Position numbers and translations under genes: made by a program
Part shown: one piece after another, positions 18,443 to 26,700 of the stretch
Layout of the letters: every line of letters begins with the position of its first letter
Numbering within the stretch: position 1 is the first letter of the stretch
NCBI GenBank assembly: GCA_043744185.1
Contig: JAYTVE010000400.1
Location: forward strand, 1-57,452
Direction of reading: 5' to 3'
DNA length: 57,452 nucleotides
DNA from: Gemmatimonadota bacterium
GTDB taxonomy: Bacteria; Gemmatimonadota; Gemmatimonadetes; Gemmatimonadales; Gemmatimonadaceae
The notes under the pieces: model-generated
Database searches by the model: none
What the model was told of the DNA's origin: nothing
What the model saw: the letters and a program-made list of their open reading frames with translations, nothing else

Positions 18443-19549
18443 ATGCACGTTGTTGTACTGAAGGAGACCGCCGAGCGGGAGCGCCGCGTAGGGCTCGTTC
18501 CCGACAGCGTCGCCCGGCTGCTGAAGGCCGGCGCGAGCGTGACGGTCGAGAGCGGCGCCGGCGTCAGCGCCGGCTACACCGACGCAGCGTACGAGAAGGC
18601 GGGTGCCACGATCGCGGCGAACGCGGCTGCAGCGACGGTGGGCGCACACGTGGTCGCCAAGGTGCAGAAGCCCACGCTTGCAGAAGCTGCGCTGCTGCCG
18701 GAGGGTTCGGTGCTCGTCAGCATGCTGCAGGCGAGCACGAGCGCCGACTTGCTGCCCGTGTTGGCGGCGCGGAAGGTCACCGCGCTCGCGCTCGAGAAGG
18801 TACCGCGCATCACGCGCGCGCAGAGCATGGACGTGCTCTCGTCGCAGGCGACGGTGGCGGGATACAAGGCCGTATTGATGGGGGCCACGCAGCTGCCGCG
18901 CTTCTTGCCCATGCTCACAACGGCCGCAGGCAACATCCCGCCGGCGAAAGCCTTCGTGCTGGGCGCAGGCGTGGCGGGGCTACAGGCGATCGCGACGGCA
19001 CGCCGACTTGGCGCGGTCGTCAGCGCCTTCGACGTGCGCGCGGCTGCCAAGGAGCAGGTGATGTCGCTGGGCGCCAAGTTCATCGCGGCCGAACTCGTGT
19101 CGAGCGGCGCGGAAACGAAGGGCGGTTACGCGAAGGAACAGGGCGAGGACGAACAGGCTCAGACGCTGGCCGCGATCGGCGCCGCAATTTCCGAGATGGA
19201 CCTCGTGATCTCGACGGCCGCAATCCCGGGCCGTCCGGCGCCGCGGCTGATCACCGCAGCCATGGTGGCCACCATGAAGCCGGGTTCGGTGATCGTGGAC
19301 GTCGCCGCCGAGACGGGCGGGAACTGCGAGCTCACCCAACCGGGTGAGACGATCGAGGTGAACGGCGTGACGATCATGGGCCCGCTCAACCTGCCGAGCA
19401 CGACGGCTGGCCACGCCAGTGCAATGTTCAGTCGCAACGTCCTCACGCTCCTGCAGCACCTCGCCCCGCAGAACACGCTCACGATCTCGCTGGACGACGA
19501 GATCACGGGCGCGATGGCCGTCACGCATGACGGCCAGCTTCGCGCTTGA
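18443..19549 (+). CDS. pntAA: NAD(P) transhydrogenase subunit alpha part 1
   Basis: Alanine-dehydrogenase/PNT fold with the Rossmann motif VLGAGVAGLQAIATARRLGA. Start re-set to ATG 18443 (MHVVVLKE). Confidence 0.92.
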   Translation: MHVVVLKETAERERRVGLVPDSVARLLKAGASVTVESGAGVSAGYTDAAYEKAGATIAANAAAATVGAHVVAKVQKPTLAEAALLPEGSVLVSMLQASTSADLLPVLAARKVTALALEKVPRITRAQSMDVLSSQATVAGYKAVLMGATQLPRFLPMLTTAAGNIPPAKAFVLGAGVAGLQAIATARRLGAVVSAFDVRAAAKEQVMSLGAKFIAAELVSSGAETKGGYAKEQGEDEQAQTLAAIGAAISEMDLVISTAAIPGRPAPRLITAAMVATMKPGSVIVDVAAETGGNCELTQPGETIEVNGVTIMGPLNLPSTTAGHASAMFSRNVLTLLQHLAPQNTLTISLDDEITGAMAVTHDGQLRA

Positions 19550-19565
19550 TCCCCTCGGAGCACCG

Positions 19566-19871
19566 ATGACGACCACGTACATCCTGCAGCTCTACGTCTT
19601 CATTCTGGCCGGCTTTGTCGGCTACAGCATCATCACGCGCGTGCCGCCCCTGCTGCACACGCCGCTGATGTCGGCCACCAACGCCATCTCGGCGATCTCG
19701 ATCGTCGGCGCGCTCGTGGTGGCGGGCTCGAAGCACGGACTGCTGTCCTCGATCCTCGGCACCATCGCGGTGACCTGCGCGACGATCAACGTCGTCGGCG
19801 GCTTCATCATCACGGACCGCATGCTGAGCATGTTCAAGCACGCGACCGGAAAGAAGGAAGAGGCGAAGTGA
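19566..19871 (+). CDS. pntAB: NAD(P) transhydrogenase subunit alpha part 2 (membrane)
   Basis: 101-aa three-helix membrane protein with the characteristic LHTPLMSATNAISAISIVGAL segment. Confidence 0.9.
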   Translation: MTTTYILQLYVFILAGFVGYSIITRVPPLLHTPLMSATNAISAISIVGALVVAGSKHGLLSSILGTIAVTCATINVVGGFIITDRMLSMFKHATGKKEEAK

Positions 19872-21310
19872 CCGGCATCGGCTTCCTCTCGGTCGCAGCG
19901 ACGGAGGTGGGTGAGGGATCGCTCGTCCGCACGCTGCTGACGCAGGGCACGTACCTCGCGGCCGGCATCTTCTTCATTCTCGGCCTCAAGTCGCTCACGC
20001 ATCCCGACTCGGCGCGAAAGGGCATGCAGCAGGCCGCGATCGGCATGCTGCTCGCCATCATCGGCACGCTGATCGTCGAGGACATCGTCGAGTACCAGTG
20101 GATCATCGGTGCGCTGATCGTCGGCACCGTGATCGGCTATCCGCTTGGCACGCGCGTGCCGATGACGGCGATGCCGCAGCGCATCGCGATCTCGCACATG
20201 TTCGGCGCTCTCGCGGCGTCACTTGTCGGCATCGCCGAGTATCTGCACCGCACGGCCGATGGCGGCACGGTGCCGCGCGCGCAGATGGCTGCGCTGGGCT
20301 TCGAAGTGCTGTTCGGCTCGCTGACGGTGACCGGGTCGTTCATGGCGTTCGGCAAGCTGCAGGAGTTCCTGCCGGGCCGGCCCGTGACCTACAAGGGACA
20401 GAACGCGGTCAACATCTCGGCGTTCATCGGCGCGCTGGGGCTGTGGCTCTGGCTCATCGTCGACCCGACGGCCGCGTGGGCATTCTGGAGCATGACCATC
20501 CTGGCCTTCATCATCGGCGTCTCGATGGTGCTGCCGATCGGCGGCGCCGACATGCCGGTGGTCGTCTCGTTGCTCAACTCGTACGCGGGCCTCGCGGCGA
20601 GCGCCACGGGCTTCGCGATCGGCAACACGGTCTTGATCATCGCGGGAGCGCTCGACGGTGCGAGCGGCTTCATCCTGTCGCTGATCATGTCGAAGGCGAT
20701 GAACCGGTCGTTCGGCAACGTCATCTTCGGCGCGTTCGGTGCGGCTCCCGAGTCCACCGCCAAGAGCAACGCCGGTCTCACGGTGAAGTCGATCAGTGCA
20801 GAGGACGCCGCGATCCAGCTCGCGTATGCCCAGAAGGTGATTGTTGTGCCCGGGTATGGCATGGCGGTCGCGCAGGCGCAGCACACCGTTCGCGAGCTCG
20901 CCGAGTTGATCGAGAAGAAGGGTGGCGAGGTGAAGTACGCGATTCATCCGGTGGCCGGGCGCATGCCGGGCCACATGAACGTGCTGCTCGCCGAGGCCAA
21001 CGTGCCGTACGAAAAGCTGTACGACATGGAGGAGATCAACGCCGAGTTTCCCACGGCCGACGTGGCGCTCGTGATCGGCGCGAACGACGTGGTGAACCCC
21101 GCCGCGAAGCACGACAAGGGGTCGCCGATTTACGGCATGCCGATTCTCGACGTGGATCAGGCCAAGTCGGTCATCGTGATGAAGCGCTCGATGAACGCCG
21201 GCTTTGCGGGCATCGAAAATGAGCTCTTCTACGACCCCAAGACGAGCATGCTGTTTGGCGATGCCAAGACGTCGCTCATGAAGCTCGTGAGTGAAGTGAA
21301 GGCGCTCTAA
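19868..21310 (+). CDS. pntB: NAD(P) transhydrogenase subunit beta
   Basis: GTG start overlaps the pntAB TGA (GTGA). Polytopic N-terminus plus a C-terminal NADP(H) domain with VVPGYGMAVAQAQH and GANDVVNPAA. Confidence 0.95.
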   Translation: MTGIGFLSVAATEVGEGSLVRTLLTQGTYLAAGIFFILGLKSLTHPDSARKGMQQAAIGMLLAIIGTLIVEDIVEYQWIIGALIVGTVIGYPLGTRVPMTAMPQRIAISHMFGALAASLVGIAEYLHRTADGGTVPRAQMAALGFEVLFGSLTVTGSFMAFGKLQEFLPGRPVTYKGQNAVNISAFIGALGLWLWLIVDPTAAWAFWSMTILAFIIGVSMVLPIGGADMPVVVSLLNSYAGLAASATGFAIGNTVLIIAGALDGASGFILSLIMSKAMNRSFGNVIFGAFGAAPESTAKSNAGLTVKSISAEDAAIQLAYAQKVIVVPGYGMAVAQAQHTVRELAELIEKKGGEVKYAIHPVAGRMPGHMNVLLAEANVPYEKLYDMEEINAEFPTADVALVIGANDVVNPAAKHDKGSPIYGMPILDVDQAKSVIVMKRSMNAGFAGIENELFYDPKTSMLFGDAKTSLMKLVSEVKAL

Positions 21311-21455
21311 CTGCCAGGCAGTGTGGCAGCAGCGCCACACCGACGTGTAACGCTCGCACGGCTGTAACCGACGCTGGACGGGTGCTCTTTCACTGCGGGC
21401 TCCGGACGCTCCGCAGAGGCAGGCGCAGGTGGCCAAACCAAACCCGACCGATGAA

Positions 21456-21482
21456 CGCCACCGTGCGATGTGCACGGTGGCG
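21456..21482 (+). terminator. perfect 11-bp hairpin downstream of pntB
   Basis: CGCCACCGTGC-gatgt-GCACGGTGGCG, followed by TCCTGTTATCC. A second 7-bp hairpin, CAACGAG-ttat-CTCGTTG, follows at 21503-21520. Confidence 0.5.
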
Positions 21483-21672
21483 TCCTGTTATCCGCCGCGT
21501 GACAACGAGTTATCTCGTTGAACACGAAGAGTCGAGCTTGTGCGGAAACACGAGCGGTCAAGGTCACATACCTGACATTCTTGAGTTGCTGTGGGAGGGC
21601 GAGCGAGTTCAGTCGCTGGGCTGGCTCACCCATCGAAAGTGCCGCGAATTCTGCCACCTCGCAGGAATTGCA

Positions 21673-21688
21673 CGGCAACCTTCTTGCA
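21673..21688 (+). promoter_or_regulatory. candidate sigma54 (-24/-12) promoter upstream of the fibre operon
   Basis: cGGCAA-ccttc-TTGCA matches TGGCAC-N5-TTGCW at the invariant GG (21674-21675) and GC (21686-21687) with correct spacing. Lies ~65 nt upstream of ATG 21753. No enhancer-binding protein gene is seen in the window. Confidence 0.3.
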
Positions 21689-21752
21689 CTGATGAAGACC
21701 CGGCGGAGCATCTGGCGTCCGTTCAACCCCGTACCTCACAGGAGTGCACTCC

Positions 21753-22265
21753 ATGGTTGGTCTCTTTCGTTCTACGCGGGTCCTTGCCGCTGCGGCGCTC
21801 GCGTTGGCCGCGAGCACGGGCACGGCGCGCGCGCAGCTGGCCGTCACCGCTTCGGTGAATCCGGCCCTCGCCGTGACCAGCCCCGCCGGACTCGACTTCG
21901 GCGCCGTAACCAAGCCCTCCGTCACGACGATCGCGTTCAACGCGGCGAACACCGGTATCCTGCAGATCGTCGGCGCGCAGAACGCCGACATCCTCGTCAC
22001 CTTCCCGCTCACCGTCACGTTCAACGGCCCGGGTACCCCGCCGGTGTACGCCGTACTGCCGAGCTCGGTGGGCGCCAAGACGATCTCGAGCGGCACCTGC
22101 GATCGCCCGGGCGTCTCCGGTGTTGACGTCACGACCGGCACGCTCAACCCGAACATGGGTTCGGGTGGCATCCTCTGTTATACGGTCGGTGGTCGTCTCA
22201 CCACGACGAACGCCACGACGAGCGGTGTCTTCAGCGGCACGCTGGTCCTGACCGTCAGCTACTAG
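21753..22265 (+). CDS. secreted fibre subunit, DUF4402 / spore-coat-U-like (putative major pilin)
   Basis: AGGAG 8 nt upstream of ATG 21753. Signal peptide MVGLFRSTRVLAAAALALAASTGTARA/Q. Ser/Thr/Val/Gly-rich all-beta sequence with one Cys pair and the C-terminal motif GVFSGTLVLTVSY, typical of DUF4402/SCPU subunits. Confidence 0.7.
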   Translation: MVGLFRSTRVLAAAALALAASTGTARAQLAVTASVNPALAVTSPAGLDFGAVTKPSVTTIAFNAANTGILQIVGAQNADILVTFPLTVTFNGPGTPPVYAVLPSSVGAKTISSGTCDRPGVSGVDVTTGTLNPNMGSGGILCYTVGGRLTTTNATTSGVFSGTLVLTVSY

Positions 22266-22314
22266 TCGTCTCGCCAGGGAGTCGGCGCGTTGCGTCGGCT
22301 CCGCCCCACCCCTG

Positions 22315-22353
22315 ATGGTCGGCCCTGTCGCGCGCGCGCGCTGGGCCGACCAT
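22315..22353 (+). terminator. intra-operon stem-loop after the first subunit gene
   Basis: Perfect 11-bp arms ATGGTCGGCCC / GGGCCGACCAT around a 17-nt (CG)n loop. Sits 50 nt after the pilin stop and 30 nt before the next gene. Confidence 0.55.
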
Positions 22354-22382
22354 TTGGCTATCAGGCCTCGACTCGCGCATCG

Positions 22383-22958
22383 ATGATTCGCTTCCTCAAG
22401 CATTGGCTGCGTTGCACCTCCATGCTCCGCCCGCGGGCGGTGTGGCGCGCTGGTGCGTGGGGTTGGGTGTTGTCGGTCGCGGGCGCGGCGCTGGCAAGCG
22501 CACCTACAGCGCACGCGCAACCCGGCGTGCAGTCGGTGCTGACCGCGACGGTCCTCGTGTTGCCGCTCCGTCCGCTCGACTTCCAAGCCGTGCTGCCCGG
22601 CATCGGCAAGAGCGTGGACGCACTCGATCCGCACGGCGGCGTGCTCGAACTGCGCGGCGACCCGACGCGCCAAGTCCGCATCACCCTCACCCTTCCGCCC
22701 GTGATCGTGACCACCGGTGGCGTCTTCATGCCAATCACGTACGGTACCAGCGACGCCATCCTTTCGACCGTGTTCGACCCGACGATCGGCACGCGTTTCG
22801 ATCCGAATGCAGCGCGACTCGCGTGCTTCAATCCGGTGACCGGCTCGCTCTTCGTGTTTCTCGGGGGTCGCGTCCTGCCGCGCCCGACGCAGCGTCGGGG
22901 CGACTATACCGGCACCGTGGTCGCGAACGTGACGTACACGGGGGCACCATGCCCGTGA
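22383..22958 (+). CDS. second DUF4402/SCPU-like fibre subunit (minor or tip subunit)
   Basis: Signal peptide ...WGWVLSVAGAALASAPTAHA/Q (alternative ATG at 22422). All-beta sequence with the same C-terminal motif class as the first subunit (GDYTGTVVANVTYTG). Confidence 0.65.
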   Translation: MIRFLKHWLRCTSMLRPRAVWRAGAWGWVLSVAGAALASAPTAHAQPGVQSVLTATVLVLPLRPLDFQAVLPGIGKSVDALDPHGGVLELRGDPTRQVRITLTLPPVIVTTGGVFMPITYGTSDAILSTVFDPTIGTRFDPNAARLACFNPVTGSLFVFLGGRVLPRPTQRRGDYTGTVVANVTYTGAPCP

Positions 22959-23788
22959 CGCGCCGCGGCCCCTGGTGCGCGCTACTCCTCGCGACGCTGT
23001 GCGCGGTGGGAACGGCGCGCGCGGTGCTCGTCTCGCCACTCGCGATCTTCTTGGACGGCCAGACGCGCACAACCGAGGTGATGCTTGCGAATTCCGGTGC
23101 CACACCTGAGGAAGTGACCATCGATGTGCGCTACGGCTTTCCCACTACCGACACGCTCACGGAAACGATCGCGACGCCCACCTTCGCGCCCGACAGCGTG
23201 CTCGCCTCGGCGCCGTCGGCCGCGCGCTTCGTGCGCGTCTTTCCGCGGCGGGTGGTGCTGCAGCCAGGCCAGACGCAGCTCGTTCGCGTCTTCGCGTCGC
23301 CGCCGCCGGGGCTCGCAGACGGCGAGTACTGGGCGCGGTTCATGGCGACATCGAAGCAGCTGCCCGACACGGCGAAAAAGGAGACCGACCAGGTCGCCAT
23401 CACCTTCGCGATCGTGACGAGCATTCCGGTCTGGTACCGGAAGGGCGCCTTGAAGACGTCCATCGCGATCGACACGCTCACCGCCCGTGTCACGCGCGAC
23501 ACGCTCGAGGCGCGCGCGATGCTGACGCGCGGCGGATCCGCCAGCTGGCTCGGCACCGCGACGTTCACGCTCGCCGACGGAAAGGGGCGCACGGTGCGCG
23601 AGTGGCCGGTGATGACGGCCATCTTCCCCGCGCAGTACAAGCGTCGCTTCCGCTGGTCGCTCGAAGGCGTGGTCCCGGGTGCGTACACGCTGACGGCGTC
23701 GCTCAAGACCACGCGCGCGGACCTCCGCCCGCAGGACATTCTGTCGGCGCCAGAGGCGGCGCGCACCATTCCGGTCGTGGTGCCCTAG
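22949..23788 (+). CDS. PapD-like periplasmic pilus chaperone
   Basis: ATG 22949 overlaps the preceding gene by 10 nt. Signal peptide, then VLVSPLAIFLDGQTRTTEVMLANSGATPEEVTIDVRY and RVFPRRVVLQPGQTQLVRVF, the pattern of the PapD N-terminal Ig domain, followed by a second beta domain. The 461-aa track ORF is an extension. Confidence 0.7.
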   Translation: MPVTRRGPWCALLLATLCAVGTARAVLVSPLAIFLDGQTRTTEVMLANSGATPEEVTIDVRYGFPTTDTLTETIATPTFAPDSVLASAPSAARFVRVFPRRVVLQPGQTQLVRVFASPPPGLADGEYWARFMATSKQLPDTAKKETDQVAITFAIVTSIPVWYRKGALKTSIAIDTLTARVTRDTLEARAMLTRGGSASWLGTATFTLADGKGRTVREWPVMTAIFPAQYKRRFRWSLEGVVPGAYTLTASLKTTRADLRPQDILSAPEAARTIPVVVP

Positions 23789-23794
23789 CTCCGC

Positions 23795-26700
23795 ATGCGC
23801 GCTTCGCTCACACGCCTGCTGGTCGGCGCGACTCTCGTGGTCGCGTCGCTCGGCGTGCGTGGGGAAGCAGCGGGTGCACAGCCGGCCGTACGCGGGCGCG
23901 CCGCGACGGCCGCACGGCCGAGTTGGGCGCTCGGCGACAGTGCCGATGCGGACGCGATCGTGCGCGTCGTGATCGAAAACGGACCGCAGGTGACGCTCAT
24001 CGCGCTGGGCCGCGACACGATGCTGTTGCTGCCAGTGCGCCAGCTCTTTGCCCTGCTCGAGGTGGCGCTGACCGACGACGTCGACGAGAAGCGTCTGCTC
24101 GGCCTCGTCGCTCCGGATCGTCCCCCGGTCGGGTTCGACACGGAGCGCGGGCTATTGTGGGGCGGTCGCACGCCGGTGGCGTATCCCAGGGATGCGGTCA
24201 CGTGGCAGCAGGGCGAGCTCTATGTCTCCGCGAGGCTGCTCGCCGAGGCGCTGCGCGTGAAGGTGGACATTGACCAGTCGACGCTGACGGTCACGTACTT
24301 GGCGGTGCGCGATCTGCCCGTGGTGCGCCGGCTGGAGCGGCAGCGCCAGCGTGCCGCGCAGTGGCGCACCGGGGCGGTGATCCCGACCGGCGTTCCGGTC
24401 ATCGATCGTCCCGCGCCGTTCGACGGCGTGCAGATGGATTGGTCCTTTCTCAGTCCGCTCGAGAACCCGACCAACCTTTCCTCGGCGCGCATCACGCTGG
24501 GTGCGCAGCTCTTCGGTGGCGGCCTCGAGCTGCAGCAGCAGCAGATCGGTACGGAGTCTTTCCTGCGCGGGCAGACGACGTGGAGCTGGACGCGGGCGTG
24601 GCAGGATCAGAGGTGGGTGCGGCAGCTTGGCATCGGCACGGTGGTAGTGCCGGGTCGGCGCACTCGCCAGCTCGATGGCGCGCTGATCACGAACGTGCCG
24701 TACTTCCGTCCCGCCGACTACGCAACGTCGTACCTCTCGGGCGTGCTGCCCGCCGGCTGGGAGGTCGACGTGCAGCGCTACGGGCTGCCCCTCGCGAGCC
24801 TCCATCCCGACGCGAACGGCAATTGGCGGTACGAAGTGCCGGTGAGCTACGGCCCGAACGAAGTCGAACTCGTGGCCTATGGCCCGGGCGGCGCGAGCCG
24901 CCGCTGGCGCGCGAACGTGGTCGTGCCATTCGAGCGGCTGCAGCAGGGGCGCTTCGAGTATGTGGCCGGGGCCGGGGCGTGTCGCTTCGATCTCTGTCAG
25001 CGCGCGGCGAACGTGGATCTGCGCTACGGCCTCACCGACCAACTCACCCTGCAGGGTGGCACCAGCGAATACGCGCTGCTCGGTGGCAAGTCCGTCTCGA
25101 ATCCGTTTCTGCTGGCCGCGTATGCCGTGCGTCCGAACTTCAACGTGATCGCCGAGGTCGTGGGCGGCGGCTACACGCGCGCCGAAGCGGACTACCAGCC
25201 GACGACCGACTTCCGGATCACGGTCAGCGGGGCGCAGTTCGACACGACGATGTCGAGCCTCTTCGTCAATCGCCTGCGTTCGCGCTCCCGAGCGGATGCG
25301 CGCGTGTTCTGGCGTCCCTCCGAGGAGAACCGCGGTCTCTGGTTTGCGCTGCAGCTCTCTCGCGAAGAGCGCGGCGTGGTGAGCACGGAATCGCAGCAGT
25401 TGTCGGCGTCGTACCTGCGCGGACCGATGCGCCTGCAGGGCGGCCTGCTCTTCGATCGCACACAACTCGCCGGTGCGGCGAGTGCGTTCCAGCGTGTGCG
25501 TACGGAGCTCACCGTCGAGAGCAGCCTGCTGTCGCCCTGGAAGTTCACGCGCGGTCTCTACGGCCGCGCGACGACGCTCCTCGACGCCGATGGCTCGGTC
25601 GCGCAACTCTCGGCGAGCGTGTTCAACGCCGTCTCGCGCCGCTTCCGTTTTGAAGGGGGCATGCAGTGGGTTCGCGGCCTGAACACGCCGGTGGTGACGC
25701 TGCAGATGCAGGCCAACCTGCCGACCTTCCAGGCGGTCAGCACGATGCAGCAGGCTGGTGGCACCTTGGTCGGCGGGCAGACCTTCTCCGGCACGGCTGG
25801 CTACGACATAGGCACGCACAAGGTGAGTGTCGGCAATGATCTCGCCAACGGGCGCGGTGTCGGGTACGGCGCCGTCCAGGTGGACGCCTTCCTCGACGTG
25901 AACGGCAACGGCCAGCGTGATGCCGACGAGCCGCCGGTGCCAAACGTGAAGGTGACGATCGGTTCGCAGGGCGCGACGACCGACGCACTGGGCCTGGCGA
26001 CGGTGCGCACCCTCAATGCCTACGTCGCCTCGTATGTCGAGGTGGACACGGCGGGGCTGCCGAACCCGATGTGGGTGGTGGAACATCCCTTCATTGCCGT
26101 CGTCGTACGTCCGAATTCCGCGACGCGCCTCGCGGTGCCGATCCGTCCGGCAGGTGGCATCATCGGCCGCCTCGAATTCAGCGATGGCAGCGTCGGGCCC
26201 ACGGGCGCAGAGATCGAGCTGGTGAATGTGGAATCGCGCGAGGCACGCCGCGCGGTCACCTACTCGGACGGCTCGTTCGAAGCGTACAAGCTGCCGCCGG
26301 GACGGTGGGAGATCCGTCCATCGAATGCGACGTTGCGACGCACGCACTCGCGCGTGGACGTGGCCGTCGTGGATGTCACCTCAAACGGAGTCGAAGGCTT
26401 CCTCGAGACCGTGACGCTGCAGCTGATGCCCGTGCTCGTTGCCCCGCCGGCGGCTCTGCCCTCGATGCTGCGCCTCATGCCAGAACCGATCATGCGGCCC
26501 GACACGGCACGCCGACTCGACCTCCCGGTGCCGGCGCGTCCACGTCGCTCGGCGCTCGAATTGCGCGAGTTCGCGGCGGCGCGCATGCGCCTCGTGATCG
26601 CCGCTCGCGCCGAGGCACGTGCTGCGGCAGTGCGTGCGCGGCTTGCGGCGCCCGCGGCGGTTGCACCGGTGGTCTCTCGTGCGGTGGTACCGACGGCATC

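Noticed and set aside
21307-21858. ORFs 21307-21726(-) and 21382-21858(+) in the pntB-pilin spacer as small protein genes.
   Set aside because: They have no SD or signal features, their composition is Arg/Cys/Pro-rich, and they overlap each other and the pilin start. I treat the region as regulatory or non-coding.
22403-22948. 182-aa N-terminal extension of the chaperone ORF. Analogous extensions occur at 39271-40935, 35819-37636, 44344-45048, 50356-51510, 52701-53957, 55468-56544, 33125-34633 and 1228-2739.
   Set aside because: The extensions overlap upstream genes and are Arg/Pro-rich junk. Internal starts give proper signal peptides or conserved N-termini, and often sit in ATGA, GTGA or TGATG overlaps.
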